The notes: a model not told the origin generated them from the sequence alone. Shown: positions 38,985 to 52,002, numbered from the stretch's first letter. The stretch is 64,000 nt of DNA from Eledone cirrhosa (GCA_964016885.1 OZ024741.1:268274001-268338000), one strand, 5' to 3'. Numbers and translations: made by a program.

Positions 38985-39242
38985 ATATTATTCAAAATGT
39001 TAACAAATGAAAAATATTCGCATAATCAAAATATATACTTTATTATATATATTTCAAAGGTACTGTGCTGATAAGGGAATTGAATAATCAAGACCGTAGC
39101 GGTTTGTCATATATCAAATCATATATTTTGTCTGATGGGGACGTACTGAAAAAAAACAGCACAGTACCTTTGAAATATATATAATAAAGTATATATTTTG
39201 ATTATGCGAATATTTTCCATTTGTTAACATTTTGAATAATAT
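38985..39242. repeat. Fold-back palindrome (86-bp arms) of HHR family D
   Basis: atattattcaaaatg...gtactgtgctg / cagcacagtac...cattttgaataatat; left flank 38890-38960 matches the reverse complement of PLE tail 51860-51920. Confidence 0.9.
39125..39190 (+). ncRNA. Type I hammerhead ribozyme (family D, A9G variant)
   Basis: attttgt CTGATGG ggacgtactg..cagtaccttt GAAA tatata TA ataaagt. Confidence 0.7.
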
Positions 39243-40147
39243 ATATATATATACGATGCATAACGGGAGGTGGAAGTCCATCATATATATATATATGGGG
39301 AGGGAATTGTGTGTACATCGCTAAACAACTGGTGCTGTTTGTTTATATCTCGTAGCATTTCGACATACAGAGATCGATTAAATAAAACAATTACTAGATC
39401 TAAAAATCAGTACTGGAGTCGATATGACCGACTATATCATGAAAAGCGGAACCCCAGCATGGCCCCTGTCCAATGGCTAAAACAAGTAAAATAATGGTTT
39501 CTTTATTTATATATATATACACGCACACAACTATCTAGAGAGAGGTTCCCATTACAATTACAGTTCGCGCGCATGTGTGTATGTATGCGCGAGATAGAGA
39601 GAGGAATAAAGAGAGTATATACATATATATATACTTAAACATGTTTGTATATAGACATTACTACCTACTAACATTATCCTGTATCCCCTCACTTCCCCTT
39701 TATTGCTGAGCTGTCAGTGAAATAACAACCAGACAATCCGACACATGGCCTCATTTCAGGACGTTCACCCCTTCGTTATTCTTTGGCTCCCGGCTCTCTG
39801 CACTTAATTCACTGCTGTCTGGCAATTATTTCACCACCTCTCTCTCTCACACACACTTTGATTCTTACTCTGCTTCTGTTTCTCTCTCTCTCTCTCTCTC
39901 TCTTTCACTCTATCTATCAATCTATTCTCTCACGATGCTCTTCTTTCAATATTTCTCTCTTTCACACTCTCTTTATTTATTAAGCTAGATAGCTTGTAGA
40001 GGTGAGTATCGTAAAATGCCTGTCATTAACCACGTAATGTACGATCGTCGAGCAACAGGCCGTTATACTCCGAGTAGTGATGTAATTCTCATAACTACAA
40101 TATCAACCACAATAATACGTCGCGTATATATATATACATATATACAT

Positions 40148-40222
<75 letters not shown>

Positions 40223-40313
40223 CATATATACATACATATATACATATATATATACATATATACATACATACATATATATACATATATATATATACATATA
40301 TACATACATATAT

Positions 40314-40344
<31 letters not shown>

Positions 40345-40381
40345 ATATAAGATCAAAAGATGGTTAAAGGAGTTCCATATA

Positions 40382-40448
40382 TTTTATTATGCGCATTTCA
40401 AAAACAAACATCATCAAGCAATAATATTTGTGTTTTCATCAGATAAAA
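40382..40448 (-). ncRNA. Type I hammerhead ribozyme (family D', minus copy)
   Basis: Reverse complement of 40602-40668. Confidence 0.8.
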
Positions 40449-40601
40449 CAGGAGAACATGATATGAAGGCTAAAAAAACACTTGTTGATAGTGCAGTTTT
40501 AAATCAACATGCAGTTTTAAATCAACAAATCAACATGATATGTTGATTTAAAACTGCACTATCAACAAGTGTTTTTTTAGCCTTCATATCATGTTCTCCT
40601 G

Positions 40602-40668
40602 TTTTATCTGATGAAAACACAAATATTATTGCTTGATGATGTTTGTTTTTGAAATGCGCATAATAAAA
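40602..40668 (+). ncRNA. Type I hammerhead ribozyme (family D')
   Basis: ttttat CTGATGA aaacacaaatattattgcttgatgatgtttgttttt GAAA tgcgca TA ataaaa; palindromic stem III ATGCGCAT. Confidence 0.82.
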
Positions 40669-40705
40669 TATATGGAACTCCTTTAACCATCTTTTGATCT
40701 TATAT

Positions 40706-40736
<31 letters not shown>

Positions 40737-40839
40737 ATATATGTATGTATATATGTATATATATATATATGTATATATATGTATGTATGTATATATGTAT
40801 ATATATATATATGCAATATATATGTATATATATATATAT

Positions 40840-41403
40840 ACAACCTGTCTCATGGTCGGGTCGTTGCCGACTAAACTGGCAACCCCACCAAGGTTTCTTG
40901 GTGAGGAGGGTGACTTTGGACATCCTGCAGGACTAAAAACAAAACCTGTCAAAGGGCAAAGGAGCTCTTAAGAGTCAATGGCCATCCAAAATCACCGGGA
41001 GAGATGACCCCTTAGCCTTTGTCAAGGCAGAATTCTAGGAGAAGGAAAACTCTGATATAACACCTGCAACCCTGATGGTATCCAATGATGTTGACTTGTT
41101 CTTCTTTTTGGTAAATATCATCTTGGTTAAGAGAGTGGGACTGGCTTTGTGCAGTGCCTTTGCTCACTATAAAAGCTTCACGGCACAGGCATTGCTTTAT
41201 ATCTGGAGATCTCTCTGCACTTGTCGTCACATGGTACCATGGGCCCAACACTATGTGTCAATAATTGTCACAAGTGTAGTCTTTGTACCAGAGTTTTCAA
41301 GTCGCTGGCTGGACTAAAAAGTCACTCGTTCAGCGCATCAGTAGGGGTTCTCCTACATGGATATAAAGTAGTGGCCGTACTCGAAAACGAGTTGGCAGCC
41401 ACC
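40840..41403 (+). mobile_element. Bipartite non-autonomous RTE derivative (5' UTR-like part joined to 3' zinc-finger end)
   Basis: ctaggagaaggaaaactctga resembles RTE 5' UTRs; downstream [17 protein letters not shown] resembles a BovB-type C-terminal C2H2 finger; flanked by (TA)n. Confidence 0.55.
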
Positions 41404-41464
41404 ATATATATATGTATATATATGTATGTATGTATATATGTATATATATATATATGTATATATG

Positions 41465-41520
<56 letters not shown>

Positions 41521-41615
41521 TATGCATGTATACGTACATACATATATGTATACAGACGTACAGTAGCTAAACTGATACGTGCATATATGTATGTGTACCT
41601 GTATGCATATGTATA

Positions 41616-41650
<35 letters not shown>

Positions 41651-41766
41651 GTGCATGCTACTGTACGTCTGTATACATATATGTATGTACGTATACATGC
41701 ATACTTACATTTAAGTAAGTGCCATACTAAGAGTGAGAAATGAAATTTCGTTTTCATTTTGTTTCA

Positions 41767-41804
<38 letters not shown>

Positions 41805-43777
41805 CTTAGAGTTTAGACTCAAAGATGTCATTTACAATCATTTCAGCTCTCTCTATATATATTTATAGAGAGAGAGAGAGAGAAATATATCCGCTTGTAA
41901 CTCTACAATTTACTCTCGCATAAACATACGCACATTTACACAATATATTTCCTATATCAGCCAAGTTACTACAATAAGTTCGCTTTCCAATCACAAAGTC
42001 CTGTCCTTGTAAATAGTCATTTCTTCAAAATTACTCATATATATTATCATACTAAACATTTATGTAATTATATCCTAGAAATAAATTATTAAAATATCAT
42101 TTTTATCTTTAATCACTTCCACATGTCAGTAATCAACACAAACTATAGGGTTTCCCTTATACAACAGGAATTTGCCATATTCTATGATTGTTCATCTATC
42201 AAATAATCCTAGTATGAAAGGCATAACAATCCTGGATTCCAAAAATTAAATACATCCAACGCTATTGCCATTTAGTAAATAAAGGTTTCTGATTTAGGCA
42301 CAAGGCCAACAATTTTTGGGTGGACGGAAGTCGATAAAATCGACTCCCAATGCCTTACTAGTACTTTATTTTATCCACCCAGTAAGGACGAAAATCAAAG
42401 CAAATCATGACGGAATTTGAACTCAGAATGCAAAGGGCTGTAACTATATGCTATAAAGCATGTTGTCCGACACTCTACCAATACTGTCAATCCATTGTTC
42501 TCTTGCTAGTAAATAATTGTTTCTACTTTTGGCACAAGGCCAGCAATTATCTCAGTGCATTACTGGTACTTTATTTTATCGACCCTGTAAGGATGAAAAG
42601 CAAAGTTAACTTCGGTGGGATTTGAAATCAGAACGTCAAGGGCCATAACTCTATGCTGCAAAGCATGGTGTCTGATGCTCTACCGATACTGCCAATTGGC
42701 GACAAAATGCCAACAATTTTGGTGGGAGCGAAAAACAATTAATTTCGGCCCAAGTGCATTAATGGGGCTTTATTTTATCGACCCCATAAGCATGAAAAGG
42801 CAAAGTTAACCTCAGCGGGATTTGAACTCAGATCGTAAAAGGACGTAACTCCATGCTGCGAAGCATGTTCGACGCTCTATCGATACTGCCAATTCACTTC
42901 CCTTCTGCTAGTAAATAATAAAGAACAAAGCAACAAAAATAAAAGGAAAAGGTCCAAGTAAATTCTTACCCTTTCGTTACCAGATTTCCAATGAAATCAC
43001 TGCCTATGATTTTCAAATAACTTTGAAAATAGTCAAGAGCTTGGGGGATTTAGTAAAATAACTAACTTTCTTATTAAGTTGACGCGTGGAGCATAACAGA
43101 AATTCTTACTTAAAAGTTGGATGGAAGGTTTTTACAGAAATATAAACATTTTAATCTTCTAATGAAAAACACTGAATAATTTGTAAAATAATCAAGAGTT
43201 TGGGGGATTTTGTAATATAATTTTCTTGTTACTAAGTTAATGTTTGGGGTAGAGCTTAACAAAAGTAACAACCAGTGCCATCCATCACCCACCACTCCCT
43301 TCGTGAGAGATCCAATATTCCTGGAAATCTAGCAGCAGCACAACTCCTTGAACATCTCCCACCTCATCCTCACTCTAGCTACAATATTTTCAGTACATCA
43401 ATCTCCTCTACTTATGAGGTCACCTAACTAGCAATATCTATCTATTTAACTTCTAGTAAACCTTCTGAGCATTTGACCGAATTTATTTCACAAGTAACCT
43501 TTAATCTTGACTTCTCCTGTCCACCTGTCACATATGATGTTTACTTACACTTCTTGTACATCCATGTTACACAGTGGGTAAAACATGGAGGTTCTGCTAT
43601 TGAATTCTGAATATTGAGAAAGGCCATTTCCCTAATGGGAGCAGAATCCTATCCTTTAGCTATCCTAAATATTAAAACTTTGATTCCAGATTTTGTTTCC
43701 ATTTGTCTGGAACTTAGTCTCTGATTTCTCTGTGGTTTTTATGAAGGCTAGATTATCAGTATAGAGGATCCTGCCCC

Positions 43778-43835
<58 letters not shown>

Positions 43836-43840
<5 letters not shown>

Positions 43841-43965
43841 TTTATAGAAGGAGCTTCTACAGGACTAGTACTGTTTCATTCAGATGAAATCTTCAGGAAG
43901 CTTCCTGAAGATTTCATCTGAATGAAACAGTACTAGTCCTGTAGAAGCTCCTTCTATAAAATAAA
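43836..43965. repeat. Perfect 130-bp palindrome, no spacer, centred on AAG|CTT
   Basis: Exact reverse-complement arms; (TA)n on the left and after the tail (ends ~44037). Confidence 0.95.
43899..43949 (+). ncRNA. Type I hammerhead ribozyme (family A); identical overlapping copy on the minus strand at 43852-43902
   Basis: agcttc CTGAAGA t-ttc-atct-gaa-t GAAACAG tactagtc CTGTA gaagct; stem I covaries with the 21390 copy. Confidence 0.88.
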
Positions 43966-44035
43966 AAATGTTTACTCTGCCATGTATTGAGTACCTTACT
44001 TACTGTGGTTATCCCCGACTCAACCCGGGACCTAC

Positions 44036-44102
<67 letters not shown>

Positions 44103-44167
44103 ATATATATAATATATATAATATATATATATAATATATATATAATATATATATATATACACACACA

Positions 44168-45762
44168 CCTTTGACAGAGTCCCCCGCTCCATTATCTGGT
44201 GGGCTCTTAGAAAACTAGGTGTAGATGAATGGCTTGTGAGAGCTATACAAGCCATGTATAAAGAAACAGTCAGCAAAGTTAGAATTAACAACAAATATAG
44301 TGAAAAGTTTAGCGTAAAAGTTGGTGTTCATCAGAGCTCTGTCCTTAGCCCCCTCCTATTTATTATTGCCATTCAGGCTATAACGGAGGAGTTCAAGACT
44401 GGCTGTCCATGGGAACTTCTATACGCAGATGATCTAACGCTCATAGCTGAATCAATGGCTGAACTAGAGAAAAAATTCTAAACATGGAAGTATGGCTTAG
44501 AATCAAAAGGCCTTAAAGTTAACTTGTCTAAGACTAAAGTCCTAATATGTAGGAAGGAGAATAGGGTACTGGTCCCATCTGGGAAATGGCCATGCTCAGT
44601 GTGTAGGAAAGGAGTAGGCAGAAACTCCATTTTATGTCCCAAATGCAAAGTATGGGTGCATAAAAGATGTAGTGGGATCACAGGTAAGCTAACTAAGAAT
44701 ATAGATTTTATATGTATGCCGGTGCTCTGGTGCAATAAGTAGCAGCAAATTCCCACAGAATACTAGCTCATTCCCTTGCCCAGATGCTTCTATAGAAATA
44801 ATGAACACATTCCGTTACCTGGGTGACAAAATCAGCAGTGGTGGAGGGTGCTCTGAAAGTACAGTAGCTAGAGTCCGAACGGGATGGAAAAAGTTCAGAG
44901 AGCTTATACCACTATTGGCCGCTAAAGGGTTCTCTCTAAAAATAAAAGGCAGGCTGTATGATGCCCGCATACGAACAACGATGTTACATGGCAGTGAGAC
45001 ATGGGCCTTGTGTGCAGAGGATCTACGCAGACTGGAGAGGAACGAAGCTTGCATGCTCCGTTGGATATGTAATAGTAATATACGCGAACGGCAAAGCATA
45101 AATGAACTAAGTGAGAAATTAGGAATAAGAGGGATCAGATGCTGTTTACTTCAGAGAAGACTACGTTGGTATGGTCACGTGATGCGCATGAAAGATGACA
45201 GCTGTATAAAAAAGTGCAGGGCGATCAAAATAGACGGTAGTCACGGAGTAGGTAGACCGAGAAAAACCTGGGACGATTTGATAAAATCCGACCTCACACA
45301 CTTACACCTCTCCAAGACAATGTCACTGGACTGAGATCTTTGGCGCTACGTAGTAATACAGAAGACCCGCCTTGCCTAAGTACAAAGTGAAACCTACAGT
45401 CAGTAGGCACCTCTTAACCAAAATACACCCCGTCCCACTAACCCTACCCCCACTGCCATCTACACCACCCCTTTCGATGTAAAGTTATGTTGGTACCACA
45501 ACACCCAGTCCTAAATAAATGAGGTCGTGTAGGTGTCACGAGAAAAAAAAACACAGTCCACGCTGTAATGTGGCCGTGTAGGTAACACGGTAAAAACCTC
45601 CCTGTCCACACTGTAAACGTGGTTGGTGTTAGGAAGGGCACCCAGCCGTAGAAAACCCGCCTGACAGTCCTGAGCAAGACAACCAATCTTGCCTCAAGTG
45701 GGACAATTCCCGTCCAGACCCATGCTAGCGTGGAAAATGGACGTTAAACGATGATGATGATG
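44168..45762 (+). mobile_element. 5'-truncated RTE LINE with long 3' UTR
   Basis: ORFs 44236-44481, 44524-44742, 44801-45334; (GAT)n tail; close to the 35331-37560 copy. Confidence 0.95.
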
Positions 45763-45790
45763 CTAATGATTAGACGTCTAATCATTAGAC

Positions 45791-45878
45791 GTGTCCGTCG
45801 AACCTGCGGGTCCAGAATCAGACAGATCCACACAATGATCGCGTCTCGAGCTGTCCGCCGGCGAAACAATTGTAACAC
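45791..45878 (+). ncRNA. Family E hammerhead, core mutated (probably inactive)
   Basis: gtgt CCGTCGA ... GAAAC aatt GTA acac; stem I gtgt/acac versus gtat/atac at 27481; preceded by a perfect 26-bp palindrome at 45763-45788. Confidence 0.6.
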
Positions 45879-46008
45879 ACAATAAATTGAGTTCAGATAC
45901 ATCACTGATTTTTCGTTTTCTATTCTATCATACTCTGCTCTGTAAGAGCATAGAGTGCTCAACCGGCATACCGCCTATGGAAGCATCTTAGCTACCATCA
46001 GACACACA

Positions 46009-46096
<88 letters not shown>

Positions 46097-46168
46097 TATA
46101 CATATATCATCATCATCGTTGTTTTTTACGTCCATTTTTCCATGTTTTCATATTATATTTATATTCAT

Positions 46169-46471
46169 TTGTAGGATAATGTAAAAATTTCAGCGTAAGT
46201 AAGCTGTTAAAACAGCAAAATGCTGTTGAAATGGTGTTGGGTAAAACATTACCTCGAAGGACAGAAATCAGAGGCCCAGATGAGTGTATTTTAATGTTTG
46301 TGATCTCTTCTCATCCATTCTATTTCTTCCTTCGTATTAATCCTTTGAGTCAACTCACTTCGAGTTGCTGATTTCTGTCTTTGAGGTAATGTTTGTTTTA
46401 TCCAATGCCGTTTTGATGGCATTTTACTGTTTTAACAGCTTTCTTACACTGACTTTTTCCATTTTCCTACG
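46169..46471. repeat. Old diverged inverted repeat (~100-bp arms, ~95-bp spacer)
   Basis: aagctgttaaaacagcaaaatgc..aaacattacctc..gacagaaatcag versus ctgatttctgtc..gaggtaatgttt..gcattttactgttttaacagctt. Confidence 0.7.
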
Positions 46472-46544
46472 AATTCTAATACACTCTTGTTTCAAAACTT
46501 GATATTCAAATTAATTTTGTTTATTTATATTTATATGTGAGGTG

Positions 46545-46590
<46 letters not shown>

Positions 46591-47499
46591 TTGTCATCCG
46601 CTTTCCCTACTAGCAAGGTTTGTACAGGTCTATATTGACCAAGTCAGTACTGAAGCGGGGCTACTGACCTCCCAGACAGTCCAGGTGGCCTGCATCTTGC
46701 TTACATACAGCCTTACGTTCTATCGAGTGCACCGGAGAGGTTGTCATGTCTTTGAAGCTTTAATGACTAGATGCCTTTCCTATCACCAACCACTTTACAG
46801 CATGTTCTGGGTGCATTTATCATGTAGATCATCAACACTAGAAAGATCGTCATGTCCTTGATACAACAACTGAAGGGTCCTCTCAATTCATTTTTTTTTT
46901 ATAGGCATGCTTTCTACTGTGGGGTGCCCTTCCTGTTGTCAACCACCTTTTGCAGTGTACCAAGTTAGCCCTTGTCCCAACAAAAGAGCCCTCTCCACTC
47001 TGAGGGTTGGGGAAATAGAAGGGAGATAAGTGTGAAGTTATGGCAAGTGTGGTGGGATTTAATGAGTGGGGAAGGGGATGTGGTGGTAAGAACACTGAAG
47101 TGGTGGAGGTGGGGTGCATCGATGGTTTTGTCATTAGCACTGGGGAGGAGTTGGTACCCACCAATGCTAGAAAGGGGAGGTGTGGTGATGAAGAGAATAA
47201 TTAAGAGGTGATTGTGGAGGGGATGCAGGTAGGGTGTACTGGGGGGGGGGGGTAGCTACTAAGGTGTGATAGTGAGGGTATCTAGGAGTTCTAGGGGGCG
47301 GCAGCAGCTAAGGAATTAAAACAGGAGAGGCATATATAGAGTTGGTGTGAGTAGAGATGGTGAATTTTGCTGCTAGAGTGTGCTAGTGGAAGGGGCATGT
47401 ATAGGTATAGGGTTGCTACTTGGGGGCAATAGTGTGAGTATCTAAACGTTTTGGGGGTGGGCAGCAGCTAAGGAGTGAACGCTAGTAGTTGAGAATTGG

Positions 47500-48432
47500 A
47501 TGGAAAAAGTTCAGGTAGCTACTACCACTACCAGCCACAAAAGGTTTTATCCTCAAAATGAAAGGCAAATTGTTTGATGCTTGAGTGTAAACAGCAATAC
47601 TGCATGGATCTTGGGCACGGTGTGTAGAGGGACTGCAAAGACTGGGAAGAAATGAAGCCCACATGCTCTGACGGGTATGTAATTGTATTATACTAAAAAC
47701 GGCAAAGCATCAATGAACTGAGAGAGAAACTGGGCATAAGAGGCATCAGATGTGTGCAGGAGAGGATATTATGGTGGTATGGTTATGTGATGCATATGGA
47801 GAATGACAGCTGTATAAAAAGCTGAAGGAAATTATGGAAGAGGAAGACCTAAGAAGGTTTGAGATGCTGGGATATTTAAACCTCTCAAAAATGATGACAT
47901 GAGATCGAAATCTCTGGCAATATGCTGTACTGCAGAAGACCCACCTTCCCATGTGCTCATGATGAAACAAATATCAATTCATTTATGGCATGTTGTTCAT
48001 ACAAACTAACATTGCACCCCCAATGGAACTTGCTCACTTCATTTCTCTCCAGTCTCCATATATCCTCTGCATATACTGTCCATGTCTCATTGCTGTGCAA
48101 CATTGCACTCTTCTCACGCAGGCATCATACACTTTACCTTTCATTTGCAAAGAAAATTCCTTTGTTGTCAAAAGAGGTAGTTGTTCCCTAAATGTTCTCC
48201 AGCCTTTTTTTATTCTAGCTACGATGCTTTCAGGGCAACCCTCCACCCCACCCCTCTACTGATAATTAGGAAACCTTAGTATCAGAAACTATAAACTACT
48301 TCTATAGTACCTTCCTGTGACTGAAAAGATTTCATGTCACTGCTGCTCTTACTACATACTCTTTCTGTACATCTGCCACCTGCAAAGTCTATATTTTCTA
48401 ATAGTCTGCCTACAATCCCACTACACCTTTTA
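47500..48432. mobile_element. Two decayed RTE fragments in convergent orientation (47500-47965 +, 47985-48432 -)
   Basis: RIGWKKFR*LLP on +; ESIVARIKKGWRTFREQLPLLTTKEFS on -. Confidence 0.75.
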
Positions 48433-49212
48433 TAATCATCATCATTACCGTTTAACATCCATTTTCCACACTAACATAGGTTAGATGAATTGCCCAGTTG
48501 TGAGACAAGCCAGGTCTAATGACCATGGCTTGCTCATATAGGACTGATTTTGGCTTGGCTTGGCTTCTATGCTCTTCCTAACACCAACTACATTTACTGT
48601 GTGTGCTGGGTGCTTTTTGTTGTGACACCTACTTTTTGCCGTAATACCTACTCAACTACTTTGTAGTATGGGTTAGGCACCTTTTGTTGTTTTGGATTCA
48701 TACATTACATTGAGTACATCATATTAACTTCTTACCGACTCCTTTTCTACGTATTCACTATGGTCACTTTCTTGATGAGTTCAAAGTCTTGTATTCTATT
48801 CTACTTAATAAAACTTTGATCTTTTCCAGGTTTACTCTGAGCCCTTTTGATTCTAAGTTCTAAGCTTCAAATTGGAAAGTCATGTCATATAGCATTACAA
48901 CACCCTACAATTCTATCAGGAGTTACAATTATATACATACATGCTAGTATATCATCATCATCACCATTTTCATAGCTGTTTTTCCATGCTTGCATGGGTT
49001 AGTCCAGTCCTCTCTATTACAGCATTTCTCCACTGGTTTATTTACTATAAATAATCTGACAGTCAAGCTTAAGTATGGAGTACTTAAGAGTTGAATAATG
49101 GACTTACTAGTCTTAACGAGTAACATCTATATAATCTATATGTGTGTGTGTACATGTACATAATCATCATCATCCATTTTCCATGCTTGCATAGGTTAGA
49201 CAGGTTGTCACA

Positions 49213-51929
49213 ACCTTAAATTAGAAGTAGAAAATGGTACCAAAATAGTTAATTTCCTAGACGTTACCTTTAACTTAAACACTGGCTTCTATTACCCTTT
49301 TCATAAGCCCAATGAAAACTTAAACTATGTTAGTAACCATTCCAATCACCCTAAATCTGTAAAAAAAAAAGGTATAGTAAATAGTGTGCAAAAACGAATT
49401 AATAAAATATCAGCCAATAAACATATATTTGATGAAAACGCTGAATACTACAACAACGCATTAAAAAGAGCAGGATATACGAATAATATAGAATATGTAG
49501 ATAATAATAATCCAAGTATTAATCTTAATAAAAATAATAACATACATAAGAGAAACTCTATTAATTATAATTCAAACACCCATACGCCAAATAAATTGAG
49601 GATACGAACTAGAACTAAACCAGTCATATGGTTTGCCCCCCCACCTGCTTCTGTCGCAGTTAAAACACCAATCGCAAAATTATTCTTTAAAGCTCTTGAC
49701 ACCTCTTTCCCTACTCAACATAAATACCATTCCATTTTTAATAGACATACCATTAAATTCTCCTATTCTACAACCAGTAACATGGCCCAAAACATCGCCA
49801 AATTAAACACTAAAATCCTAAAACAAAACCAGCATAATGATATTAATAATAGAGTTAACATAAATGACACTAAACCTAAATAATTGTAGAAATAAAACTG
49901 ATTGCCCTTTGCAAAATAATTGTTTAGATAGTAATTTGGTTTATAAATGCACCGTAAAAACTGATCACAATACTTACAACTACATAGGATCGACTTCTTC
50001 CACTTTTAAAGCCAGATTTGCGAACCATAAATGCTCATTCTCGAACTCAAAGAGGAAATCATCCACGTCTTTATCACAGCTCATATGGTCATTAAAAGAG
50101 AAGAATTTAAAATACTCCATTCTTTGGACAAAACTTCGGAACTGTGGAGTTTACCACAACTCAAGTATATCAAATAACTGCGCACTCTGTACAATGGAGA
50201 CCCTGTTGATTATTAATAACTACGAGACCCTAATTAACAAAAAAAGGGAATTATTCTCTAGTTGCCTCCACATTCTTAGCCTCCCACAAAACGAGAAAAA
50301 AAAGAGAGAGAAACATTAAACCATTAAAAACTTGGTTGTTAGACGTATAAAATCAACAGGGAAAAACTTTAGTGGCCTTTAATATTGCACTATCTTATAA
50401 CTATCTATAGAAGAAATAACGCTCGAATGAAAGACACTTGTTCAATAACATGCCGGAACATTGATACACATAACATTATTCTGTTAACTTTGATCCATAC
50501 CATTATTTCTTTATTTCTCTATCCTTATCTTCCTACTTAAGTTTTAAATCTGAGTTTTATACCCAACCCTTACATCTTTACTGAACTTATTTATAAGTGT
50601 GAATTTTTCATGCGTTTCTGATCTCTTATTTATAATATGTATGTAATTATATTTTCTATGTTTTTAAATGTACCTACCGCATTCTTATATCCATGATTCA
50701 AATATAGAGCAAATATCCAAATTATAAATTATTATAAACATTATTTAGCACTATGAATTATCCATGCATTTATTATTGTTTTTCTTACATATATGTATTT
50801 AACTTTAACACGTAGAACTTTATTATATAAAATTATAACCGTTATCATTTACCTAAAGTATACTGTATCATTAATACATAATATAAGATATATCCTTATA
50901 TAACTCCCAGTATCTTTCTATACATAATTTTCAGTTAACTTCTAAATTTTTTGATTGTTTTTACTTTGAGCTAGGAATAATTAATACATGTACACACGGT
51001 TATATATGGGTATATATTTAGTTTTAACATGCCTCAATCTATTATTTTATTTTTATTTTATTTTCATTATCATTTACCTAAAATATACTGGCTCATTAAT
51101 TAATATATACCTATATACATAACAGTTATTTAAATTTTTCTAACAATAAGTACTTCAAAAGCTTCACATACCTAATACGTTGACAATGACTAACTTCATT
51201 AAAGATTACATTTATGAAAATATTCAACAGTGTAAACTTTCCTTAATAATGGCCTGTTAAACCCTTTAAATCTTATCATCAAAAAATTCAGAAGCCTAGA
51301 CATGTTAACACACTTATAAAATTTACAAAACTAATATATAAATAACCACCAATTTTATTTTTAAAAACCTAAAATATTGATTCTTCACCCTAAGATAACA
51401 TAAATTAAATATTTTCAAACTTAACCGTTTAACTTTCGGAAAAAAAATCTCCTTCTACATATATTACCACTTATCTTCCCTCTCTCTATATATATTATCC
51501 CAGCGGCTCTCATTGACCGCTTTCCCTGATAAATTGTAGTATCATACATTTTAAAATCTCTATAACTGGTACATTAAGCAACGTTTTTCTTATTCACACA
51601 TTCTCTATTGAATTTATTACGTTTTCGCATTTTCTCATTATGAGGGTATAAATGTTAAATTTTCTCTTAGGTTAATCACTACCTTGATTAAATCTTAACC
51701 ATTTAACATCCCAGGGTATGTCATGTATCATTATATTTTGTCTGACGAGGACGTACTGTTGTACATCCGAAATATGTATAATAAAATGTAATTGATCAAA
51801 AGAACATCTATTTTATTAATATTTATATTCTAATATTAATAACTCCGGAAAATTATTTTACTGTAGAGTGCTTCCAATCTACTGTAAAACTCATTCTTTG
51901 ATATACTCATTGAATTTTGTTTAACTCTT

Positions 51930-51930
<1 letters not shown>
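49213..51930 (+). mobile_element. 5'-truncated Penelope-like element (RT C-terminus/thumb, linker, GIY-YIG, long 3' region, HHR pLTR), ending at (TA)n
   Basis: VNFLDVTFNL..YYPFHKPN..SNHP; WFAPP..IFNRHTIKFSYS; CRNKTDCPLQNNCL..VYKCTV..YIGST..FKARFANH..CALC..E; frameshifted. Confidence 0.92.
51735..51787 (+). ncRNA. Type I hammerhead ribozyme in PLE 3' pseudo-LTR (family D)
   Basis: attttgt CTGACGA gga-c-gtac-tgtt-gtac-a-tcc GAAA tatgta TA ataaaat; canonical core. Confidence 0.88.

Positions 51931-52002
<72 letters not shown>

Larger units (their letters stand above)
40270..40790. repeat. Large palindrome (~170-bp unique arms plus mirrored microsatellite) with a complete HHR on each strand
   Basis: Unique arms ~40342-40510 and ~40540-40708 are reverse complements; centre holds tandem re-copies of tgcagttttaaatcaaca and aatcaaca. 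Confidence 0.92.

Noticed and set aside
39660-40010. Unique segment ending in a strong donor-like AG|GTGAGT (40001)
   Set aside because: No supporting acceptor or reading frame; a single motif is insufficient.
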